Of a DNA stretch of 64,000 nucleotides, positions 40,926 to 50,888 are shown in pieces. The number at the start of each line of letters is the position of its first letter. Within the stretch, counting starts at the first letter, position 1. Below the pieces are notes generated by a model, which was given only the letters and a program-made list of their open reading frames with translations, made no database searches and was not told where the DNA came from. This DNA is from Squalus acanthias (lineage: Eukaryota), in the NCBI GenBank assembly GCA_030390025.1, contig CM059432.1, positions 29,700,001 to 29,764,000 on the forward strand. Direction: 5' to 3'. The position numbers and the translations under genes are program-made.

Positions 40926-41317
40926 TCTGATGATTCATATGGCAGGTGAAGTTCAGATGACAGAACCAATCTATCAAGGGTTAGATATGATGTTGCAAGG
41001 AGGTGACAGTGAATAGAGAGTTTACTGCAAACACTTCCCAAATGCATAAAGCTTAAAAACTGTTCCAAATACTCAAGCCTGAAGCTTCTGAGAGTGGAAA
41101 GTGACCAGCTGTAAAATGGCAGGTTTTAAACCACTTTTGCAGCTGTCACCTATTGAAAGAAATGGAGAGTTGTTCAGAACCCGACATACTTACCTGGCTT
41201 GATCCCCGCGTGACGGGAACCTCGTGGAAAACTTGGGAAAATACTTTGTGCCTACTAAAATGGTGAGTAAATTGGTTTAAGCACCCTCTCATTAACTTGC
41301 TGCTCAGTATCCACTAC

Positions 41318-41695
41318 TAGAATCATAGAATCATTCAGCACAGAAGAAGGCCATTCGGCCCATCATGCCTGTGCGGGCTCTTTGAAAGAGCTGTCCAATT
41401 AGCCCCACTCCACTGCTCTTTCTCCATAGCCCTGCAATTTTTTTCCCCTTCAAGTCTTTATCCGATTCCCTTTTGGAAGTTATTATTGAATCTGCTTCCA
41501 CCACCCTTTCAGGCAATGCATTCCAGATCACAGCAACTCGCTGTGTAAAAAAATGTTTCCTAATGTCGCCCCTGGTTCTTTTGATAAAAACATTAAATTT
41601 GTGTCCTCTGGTTACTGACCCTCCTGCCAGTGGAAACAGTTTCCCCCTATTTACTCTATCAAAACCCCTCATAATATTGAACACCTCTATTAAAT
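41318..41695 (-). mobile_element. CR1 LINE 3' end
   Basis: KHFFTQRVAVIWNALP; AGAATCAT tail. Confidence 0.85.
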
Positions 41696-42077
41696 ATTCA
41701 TAATTTACAATATGAATGTAAAAATGAAAGAAGGATTTGCAGACGTTCATTTAATTGATTTGTCTGGTTGGACTGTTTTTGCAGAATTTAAACTTAAGGG
41801 AATAATAAGTGTTCCAGCGTTCCCGGCGGAGAGCTGTGGTCAAAGGTAGTGCTACAGTGTTGTAGCTTCGAACCATGCTCCCTTCAAGCACACCTCCCTG
41901 TTGAAGTGCAGGATCACTGAATTTATCCTTTAATGAGAAGATGGCATTTAACCTGTATGAAGAGTTATAAAAGGAGCTTGAGGATAATAATCAAGATTAT
42001 CACTACTCGATTGCTATGCAAATGACACTTAGAGACTCTACTTGGAGCCAGCATGAGCATTAATAAATCAGCAACAT

Positions 42078-42146
42078 CCAAAACCATTTCTTAAGATACA
42101 GGAACTATTTTGATCAACAGAACCTGTATCTTGAGAAATGGTTTGG
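42078..42146 (+). repeat. Isolated hairpin (22-bp stem, 20-nt loop)
   Basis: AAACCATTTCTTAAGATACAGG (42081-42102) pairs with CCTGTATCTTGAGAAATGGTTT (42123-42144), with one G-U pair. Confidence 0.85.
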
Positions 42147-44037
42147 TATATTGAGATGTCAATGGTAAATATTATGGAAAATGAACTTTTCTCTTCTTGG
42201 TACTCTAACATTCCTAGTTTAGATCATTAGCTTGTGAGTCGATGCAGAATAATAGAGGTATAATAACGAACACCAACAGCATTTCAATATTCCCTGAAAA
42301 TACATTAACCAGTTATAGTGGTATATAAAAAATACCACAGTCCACAAAGAGAAAAGTTGCTCTGTGATCATTGTCATTATGTAAACCTTCACAATGCTTT
42401 TCAATTTCCCACTGAATACCATGCAGATTTATTTACAGTAACAATGGTTTCAGAGATGTTTGATAAAGATTGCAAGTTACCACCTCTATTTTGTTTGCAC
42501 GCAAATGTCATAGAGTCATAGAGTTATACAGCACAGAAAGAGGCCCTTCGGCCCATCGTGTCTGCGCCGGCCATCAAGCCCTGTCTATTCTAATCCCATT
42601 TTCCAGCACTTGGTCCATAGTCTTGTATGCTATGGCATTTCAAGTGCTCATCTAAATGCTTCTTGAATGTTGTGAGGGTTCCTGCCTCTACTACCCTTTC
42701 AGGCAGTGAGTTCCAGATTCCAACCACCCTCTGGGTGAAAAAGTTTTTCCTCAAATCCCCTCGAAACCGCCTACCCCTTACCTTGAAACTATGCCCCCTG
42801 GTTATTGATCCCTCTACTAAGGGGAAAAGTTCCTTTCTATCTACCCTATCTATGCCCCTCATAATTTTGTACACTTCAATCAGGTCCCCCCCCAGCCTTC
42901 TCTGCTCTAAGGAAAACAACCCCAGCCTGTCCAGTCTCTCTTCATAGCTGAAGCGCTCCAGCCCAGGTAACATCCTGGTGAATCTCTTCTGCACCCTCTC
43001 CAATGCAGTCACATCCCTCCTATAGTGTGGTGACCAGAACTGCACACAGTATTCCAGCTGTGGCCTAACTAACGTTTTGTACAGCTCCATCATAACCTCC
43101 CTGCTCTTATATTCTATGCCTCGGCTAATGAAGGCAAGTATCCCATATGCCTTTTTAACCACCTTATCTACCTGTCCTGCTGCCTTCAGGGATCTATGTA
43201 CATGCACACCAAGGTCCCTCTGATCCTCTAACCTTCCAAGGATCCTACCATTCATTGTGTATTCCCTTGCCTTGTTTGTCCTCCCAAAATGCATCACCTC
43301 ACACTTTTCAGGGTTAAATTCCATTTGCCACTGTTCTGCCCATCTAACCATCCCGTCTATATCGCCCTGTAGCCTGAGGCTTCCTCCTCGCTATTTACCA
43401 CTCCACCAATTTTCGTGTCATCTGCGAACTTACTGATCATACCTCCTACATTCCTATCTAAATCATTAATGTACACTACAAACAGCAAAGGACCCAGCAC
43501 CGATCCCTGCGGTATACCACTGGACACAGGCTTCCAGTCACAAAAACAACCTTCGACCATCACCCTCTGCCTCCTGCCACTAAGCCAATTTTGGATCCAA
43601 TGTGCCAAATTGCCCTGGATCCCATGGGCTCTTACCTTCTTGACCAATCTCCCATGTGGGACTTTGTCAAAAGCCTTACTGAAGTCCATGTAGACTACAT
43701 CAACTGCACTACCCTCATCCACACACCTAGTTACCCCCTCGAAAAATTCAATCAAATTGGTCAGACATGATCTCCCCCTGACAAAGCCATGCTGACTATC
43801 CCTGATTAATCCCTGCCTCTCCAAGTGGAGACTAATTCTGTCCCTCAGAATTTTTTCCAATAATTTCCCTACCACTGATGTCAGGCTCACTGGCCTGTAA
43901 TTCCCTGGTTTATCCCTACTACCCTTCTTGAACAATGGTACTACGTTAGCTGTTCTCCAGTCCTCTGGCACCTCCCCTGTGGACAAAATTGAGAGGTCGC
44001 ACAACACCAGGTTATAGTCCAACAGTTTTATTTGAAA

Positions 44038-44075
44038 TCACAAGCTTTCGGAGCTATCGCTCCTTCCTCAGGTGA
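44038..44075 (-). ncRNA. Minimal hammerhead ribozyme motif (left arm)
   Basis: Exact reverse complement of 44337-44374. Confidence 0.75.
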
Positions 44076-44336
44076 AGTAAATTGGATACAGAATCGCCAG
44101 AGCATATATAGATGGAAAAAAAAGCATGTGTACTTTACAATTGCAGACCAATAAATTAAATCATCCTGACTATCTGCCGAGGTGTGATAAAGTTAATTAA
44201 GTCAGCCAGGAAGGTACCACATCAAAAGACATAGCAAGATAGTCAGGATGATTTAATTTATTGGTCTGCAATTGTAAAGTACACATGCTTTTTTTTCCAT
44301 CTATATATGCTCTGGCGATTCTGTATCCAATTTACT

Positions 44337-44374
44337 TCACCTGAGGAAGGAGCGATAGCTCCGAAAGCTTGTGA
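44337..44374 (+). ncRNA. Minimal hammerhead ribozyme motif (right arm)
   Basis: UCAC-CUGAGGA-A-GGAGC(GAUA)GCUCC-GAAAGCUU-GUGA. Confidence 0.75.
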
Positions 44375-45395
44375 TTTCAAATAAAACTGTTGGACTATAA
44401 CCTGGTGTTGTGCGACCTCTCAATTTTGTCCACCCCAGTCCAACACCGGCATCTCCGCATCATGACCTCCCCTGTGGCCAGAGAGGTTCTGAAAATTTGT
44501 GTCAGAGCCCCTGCAATCTCCTCCCTTGCCTCACACAGCCTGGGGATTTATCCACTTTTAAGCCCGCTAAAACCGCTAGTACCTCCTCCCTCTCAATACT
44601 AATTTGTTCAAGTATATCACAATCCCCCTGCCTGATTTCTATGCCTACATCGTCCTTCTCCATCGTGAACACAGATGCAAAATATTCATTTAAAACCTCA
44701 CCTACATCTTCCGGCTCTACACACAGATTGCCACTTTGGTCCCGAATGGGCCCTACTCTTTCCCTGGTTATCCTCTTGCCCTTCTGTGTTTGCCCTGGAA
44801 GTCCATAATCTGTACAAACTCCTTTACTTATTCAGTAGAGCACCGTGGGACATTTTGTTGGATACAATGTGCTACAAGTTGTTGTTCTTTCTGTTGAGAA
44901 AAAGTTGCTGCATAGAATTATAGAATCTAACAGCAAAAAAGGAGGCCATTCGGCCCATTGTGCCTGTGCCTGCTCTTTGAAAGAGCTATCCAACTCAGCT
45001 AGGAGTTTACCCGTTTAATCAGTTCTGTCACCATAGTAATTGACAGAGGCTTAGGAGAAGGTCAGCACTTTATGGTTAGGGAAATCAGCAAAGAGAAAAT
45101 AGAAGAGGATTTTATTTTATCAGAAATATAAATGGAGATGCCTATAGATTCCCTAGCTCATTTGTCCCCTCTTGTTCTGATGTTTCAAACTCTGAAGGGA
45201 ATGGTCTCCCTGACATGACATTGTACCTATGCTGCCTAAGGTCACACGCTAGGTAATGAATCAAGGTCTCCTGGCATATCTGCTGCTGCACAAGCTTGCC
45301 ACTGACATCATTGTAAGCCTCGTAGGAGCTGAATTCTTCAGATGAAGCATACCCAGAGGCTTAACCTGGCTGCTGAAACTCCCCCACTGTACTAA

Positions 45396-45690
45396 ATGTG
45401 CGGGTTAGGTTGATTTGGCTATGATAAATTGACCCTTAGTGTTAGGGGGGGATTAAATATGTGGGGTTACAGGGATAGGATGGGATATGTAAGGGGGAAT
45501 TAAATACGTGGGGTTACGGGGATAGGGTGGGATATGTGTCGGTGCAGGCTCGATGGGGATTCTGTGTGAGAAAGCAGGGACAGGGTACGGGATTTGGATG
45601 ATCAGCCATGATCGTATTGAATGGTGGAGCAGGCTCGACGGGCCGAATGGCCTACTCCTGCTCCTAGTTTCTATGTTTCTATGTTTCTAT
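45396..45690 (+). mobile_element. V-SINE 3' half with internal tandem duplication, followed by a CR1 tail
   Basis: Matches 24285-24395; segment GGGG..TAAATAYGTGGGGTTAC..GGGATATGT occurs twice; (TTTCTATG)n tail. Confidence 0.75.
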
Positions 45691-48600
45691 CTCTGAGAAC
45701 AGACGCCTTGTGTAGGATTTCTCTCACCTCCCTTCCCCCAAACATGTAATGACATCATAGATAGGAAGACGTCATAAATGTCTGCTTCTAGACTGCCCTA
45801 AACCAGCAAAGATTGTTTATTGTTCATACTGGGGCACAGTTCCTACAGTGCCGGCCACGTTCCACATCTGGCTCCAAAAGACCATTCTTTGTATGTGAGG
45901 CTAGACAGTGAGTGTCAGCAAGCTATTCAACTACCAGAGCATCACAGCTGAGCCTGACAGTGTCCTCACCCACATATGCCCACCGTCCATCAGGAGCTAT
46001 CAGATAGCAATAATAGCAGAAACCCTGGTTGACTCTTGCCGTACACCTCAGGGCAGTAGTTTTCATTCATAAAGCACTAGAATGGTGCATGTTCAGTTAT
46101 GCAGTAATTCAGATGAACAAGGTTTCCCTTTAAATATCAGATTGTTTATTTTCGTTTTAATTACATGGATGGAAATTAATTAGTTGTCCACCCTCATAAA
46201 ACTGACAGGAAGGACCTTATCCCTTTGATCTGATGCTTTTTTTTATTGCACATCACTCATTGGGGTGAATGTGTGTTCAAATGATTGGGATGTTTCACTG
46301 TATATCTCTTCGCCTGGTTAGAAATTCTACATTTAACTGATGTTGCTATTGATGGCCAGTTTGGTAATTAGTACAAAAGGAAAGATAATGATTCAAAGCC
46401 ATTCCACAGCGGCTGCTGACTTGGCCAGCCTCGCCCAACCATCTCAGGCCGTCTTACTGCTGGGTGCTGCATTCTATGAATATTTCCTGAATGTAAGCTT
46501 GATGTTCTGTAACTTAAAAGTAACATTGTAGTCAAGAGGTTAAGACAATCCTTTGAGGAGGCATGTTTTGTCAGCCTTGGCTCAGCGGTAGCACTCTCAC
46601 GTCTCAGTCAGAAGATTGTGGGTTCAAAATGCGACCACAATGCCAGATATAGCTAAGTCCCCTTGCTTGCTTTAGACTGACTCTGAGCTGAGCCTATGCT
46701 GCCCACTATATGTCCAGAATCAGATGCTCTGAGCCACAGAGCTGTCTGTCAAAAGGACTACAAAGGATCATTGTTCCTGCCGCCCGCCCCCCCCCCGCCC
46801 CCCAGACATGCCCAACCCACATCTTCACCTCAGACACAGTAGTTCATCAAATCCACTACCCCAAGTATGCCGATCACTTAGGATTTTTGAAATTGAATGA
46901 AATGGCTTGGCTCATTGATCTGTGCCAGATATTTTGAATTACTTGATGGAATGTTTTCCCCATCTGGGTATAATATGAACGACCAAATCACGCATACCAA
47001 GAACTTGCAGAGCTATGCCAGTCTTAGCCTTTGCTCTGAGGTGCGAATTTTGCTGGACTGTAATTCTATTCAGCTTGCAGAAATAGCTAGCAGTAACTGA
47101 CTTTAATCCTAGGCATGTGTTGAGGCCAGCAACAAAGAATCCAATCGATCATTTAACAAACTCAAAAACGCTTCATTTATGTCATCAGGGCATCACAGTC
47201 ATTCCTGAGCTCGCCTGAAGTCCATTCATCATTAGGTGCAGAAACCATGGTTACATTTTTTTCCTTTCTATTGCTGAGACCAATTGTAGTGTGGGGCTGA
47301 AATCAGCTAATTTAGCACAAATGGTGGGTCAAACATGGGATCTTCCTGATCTGTGTGTCTTAGTTCCATACTGGGCAGTGCATTTTCCAATGTGTCATCA
47401 GGACAGGTAGTGCATTCCATACGTGTAAATAATGGGTATCTAATATATCTATTTTTTTAAATGATTTCTCACAGGCAAGATGAGAAGGAATTTATTTCCC
47501 CGTGGAATAGTGGATATGTAGAATATATTCCCAATTGAAGCAGTTGTTTCTTGGGTTAGTTTGCACCTTGAAACAAAAGCACTCGGACAAACACCTGCAG
47601 ATGAACAGGATCGAGAGTTATAAAGATGAGGACAATAGAGGTAATCAAAGCCTGTGAGGAGCTAAACTGCTGTGGAATGGAACCATCAGAGCGAGAATGT
47701 GAAGGATGAATATTGTAGGGTGTAAGGTTAGATAGAAATTCTACAATTGATGGGTAGGGAAGATAGTCACTGATCATGTCTTCAGGAAACTAAATGAGTG
47801 GCATAAGGTCCACAATCAGACGGATCTCCTGTGGGGAAAAAAACTAGGCTCAATGCATTAAATAGGCCAATACTTTTTTTATGCATTGTTTGCCAAATAA
47901 CAGTGACTGCCCTTCTTAGCAATTCATTGTATATGAAGCACTTTGAGACAGTTCTGAGGGACAGGAGAAGATGATACATTAAGGCCAGGCTTCTTTCTTT
48001 ATGAGTGATTAGTCAGATTCCACCTTGTGGTCTGTCCACAGGTCTGACCACCCAATCACAGAAGAGAGATTATTGCCATTGAAAAGGTACAGAAGGGGCA
48101 ACAAAGATGATACTGGAATTTAGCTAATGAAGAAAGGTTAAGAAAATTGGCCTTGCTTTTCTCTCGAAAAGAGGAGACTTTGAGGTGACTGCATTAAAGT
48201 TTTCAAGAAAGAAAACTAGATTATTCCCTAAGTGAAATACTTAGTGACATATCTAAAAGTGGAGAAGTAAGAAGGGGAAGTCAAGCAAAATTTTATAAGA
48301 CAGAGCAATAGCATTTTGGAATAAGTTACCAGGCATGGTTACAGAAACAGACACTATCATGGGTTTAAGAGATGATTAGATGTGTTTCTGGACAGAGAAC
48401 AAATTGAGGAATATGATGAAAAGGTGGGTAGATGGGCTGGTTTATGAAAAAGGGCAGGGCCTGCTTGGGCTTATTAACCTTTTCCTGTTCCTAAGTTTTC
48501 TTAGGTTCCTATGTTAGCATTGTCCCTTTAAATGAGTTGCATTTGGACAGTGAATACCAGCCCCTTGCTCTGTCTTAAGTCTCAGTAATCAGCCAATAAA

Positions 48601-49087
48601 TATTTAAAAAGAAAATACATAAATGAAAAATGGCGAGTGCTTGATTTATTGATGAGTGTAGCTCACCTGGGACTGGCAAGGTAACATCTCTGCCATATGC
48701 TCTCAGGCCAGGTGTTTCAGCGGGTGTAGTTTTACTCAGGGCAATTGAGCAGAATATGATTTGGAGGATTGTGTGGCAGTCTCTCTATTAATGTGTGCTT
48801 GAGTGTGTGTCATCGATCCATGTGCATCTCTGGTACGTGATATGATAACCACGGTAATTCGTTTCGCTCCCTTCACATTCCCATATGTCTGTGTGAAACA
48901 GCCGATTCAGGGATAGGGCCAGTAACTGAGTCCTTCCCTGTTTAAAGTCACACTTTTCATGATTTGTATCTGTTTGGGAGTATTGTCCATCAGACAGTCA
49001 TTGGTAATGGGATGCTGGCTTGCCCCGAAAACAGTTAACATCAGCTGAGTCTCGCTTCCTTCATAACTGCCGTTGTGGGGGTATGCG

Positions 49088-49486
49088 CTCACTGACCTAT
49101 ATTGGCTCCCAATTTCAAAATTCTCATCCTTGTTTTCAAATTATTCCATGGCCTCACCTCTCCCTATCTCTGTAACCTCCTCTAACCCTACAGTCCTCTG
49201 AGATCTCAGCGCTCCTCCAATTCTGGGCTCTTGCGCATCCCCTATTTTAATCGCTCCACCATTGGCGGCCGTGCCTAACCCTAACCCTAACCCGTCAGCT
49301 GCCTAGGCCTTAGGCTCTGGAATTCCCTCCTTAAACCTATCTGCCTCTCTCTCCTCCTTTAACCAAGCTTTCGTTCATTTGTCCTAATATGTGGCTCGGT
49401 GTCAAACTTTGTTTGATAATGGCTTCTGTGAAGCGCCTTGGGACGTTTTACTACATTAAAGGCTATGTTGTTGTTGTTGTTGTTGT
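49088..49486 (+). mobile_element. L2 LINE 3' end
   Basis: Colinear with the 22082 copy; (GTT)n tail. Confidence 0.88.
49274..49293. repeat. Short interstitial telomeric repeat (CCCTAA)n
   Basis: CCTAACCCTAACCCTAACCC interrupting L2 sequence GTGCCT|TCAGCTGCC. Confidence 0.75.
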
Positions 49487-49693
49487 CGGGTGCGCCGACC
49501 GCTTTGGGCCTCCCACAACCTGTGCCCGCTCCCCCTTTAAAATCGGGGCTCAAATATTGTAGCAATTTTTAAAATATTTCTCCTTAGTGAGACCGGCACT
49601 GTATTTTCTATGTCTCTGAATTTTTTTATGGCATTAGAATCTGTTACATTAAAAAAAGAAAATCTTCCACAATTGCATTTTCTTAAACGTGGT

Positions 49694-50443
49694 GGCCTGG
49701 AGTTTGGGGCATAATCAACGATCAGGGCGCAAATTGCACCCAAAATTGCGCTAGTTTCGAGAATTGGGTTTTTTTCTCACAAATTTCTGCTCAAACTGAT
49801 TAGCAGATTGCCGAACATAAAATCTGATATGACCCAGTGCAATCGGGCAGCGTTTTAGATTGAAATGTTTTTTTTAAAATGTGCTTTAAAAAATATTCCT
49901 TGATATATTTAAGAGTGGTAACTTGGTGCAGTTTGATTAACACAGCAGAAAATAAAACACAAATAATAAGCATTTCAATCACAGTGTCAATCCACCACCT
50001 GTGAGTAAGCCAATTTTAAATTACAGAAAATCACATTTAAAAAACTATACAGAACCATTTACTAGTTATATTGGTGTACAGCAGTCCGTTTCTTTGTCAA
50101 TTAAAAAAAAAATTATATTCAAAAGCTTATAAAACGTGCCTTTTAGTGACTTTGCACCCAAAAGAACCAGCCTAATTTTTAGAGCCTCCTCGAAGGCCTG
50201 CAAACGACCACGTTTAGCGGAAACTCCCAATGATGTTTAATTCACGCTGGGGACGTGGCCAGTTTTGTGGGCGGGGCCGGTTCTAGCGCAACATTTTTTA
50301 AACTAGCGCAAGAGATCGCGGAAACTCGATTTGCACTGAATGTAATTTGCGCTTAAAACTCTGTGATCTTTTGCGCTGGTTTGGCCCGTTTCATGTGAAT
50401 TGTACCGAAAAAAACTGCACAACTGAGCAGAAACTCCAGTAAA
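49694..50443. mobile_element. Probable non-autonomous Harbinger-like element
   Basis: Ends GGCCTGGAGTTT / AAACTCCAG; CpG-containing subterminal regions. Confidence 0.45.
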
Positions 50444-50888
50444 TGATGGTTTGAAGACTTCAAACTTTAATTTTCATAACATCAGTAAGAGAAAGAGGGA
50501 CTTAAAGAAGCAAGATGGTGTTTGTAGCGCGCTTTCCTCAGTTAAAGTGCAGTGTGTATTTTTGGGTGCCCCGTTATAGAAAGGATATTAAAGCCATAGG
50601 GGCTAAATTGGATAAGGCCTGAAAACGGGCGCGGGGATCGCGATGCGTGATCTGCCCGCTTACGTTGAAAATAGTGCAGGCAGTACGCGAAATTCGTGCT
50701 GCCTGCTCATTACGATGATTGCAGCGCTAAACGCACTGCTGGTTGGCTCAGCACTCAACAGGGGGCCCAATATCATGTGGAGTCTGCTTTCTAGTTAAAG
50801 GTTGCCTGCAGAGTGAAAGGCTGTCTGCACTTCTTAAAGGGGAGGTTCTTTGTTACAGAAGTTCCTCATTGTGACTGGAGCTGGAGCA

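Larger units (their letters stand above)
38007..41315. mobile_element. PIF/Harbinger element C with convergent Myb and transposase genes; right end lost
   Basis: Starts GGCCATGATTT after AAT; contains both Harbinger genes; abuts a CR1 tail at about 41320. Confidence 0.85.
43983..44464. mobile_element. Penelope-like element with inverted pLTRs and 3' tail
   Basis: Perfect 197-bp inverted repeat 43979-44175 / 44237-44433; 61-bp spacer; 31-nt extension on one arm; TSD ACCTCCCCTGTGG (43970-43982, 44465-44477). Confidence 0.85.
42508..44785 (-). mobile_element. Young CR1 LINE (5'-truncated) split by a Penelope-like insertion
   Basis: Long ORFs 42590-43351 and 43357-43982 (QHGF, DFSKAFDKVPH, GIPQGSVLGP, KFADDTK); one frameshift; CATAGAGT tail. 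Confidence 0.95.

Noticed and set aside
42215..42285. Signal-peptide-like MLLVFVIIPLLFCIDSQANDLN on the - strand
   Set aside because: Stops after 22 codons with no splice donor
43983..44434. ORFs at 44022(-) and 44390(+) starting with identical MDYNLVLCDLSILST
   Set aside because: By-product of the inverted repeat read from TTG starts; not a duplicated gene
48667..48940. Possible - strand exon (WECEGSETNYRGY, superficially kringle-like)
   Set aside because: All three frames stop before the donor and cysteine spacing does not fit a kringle
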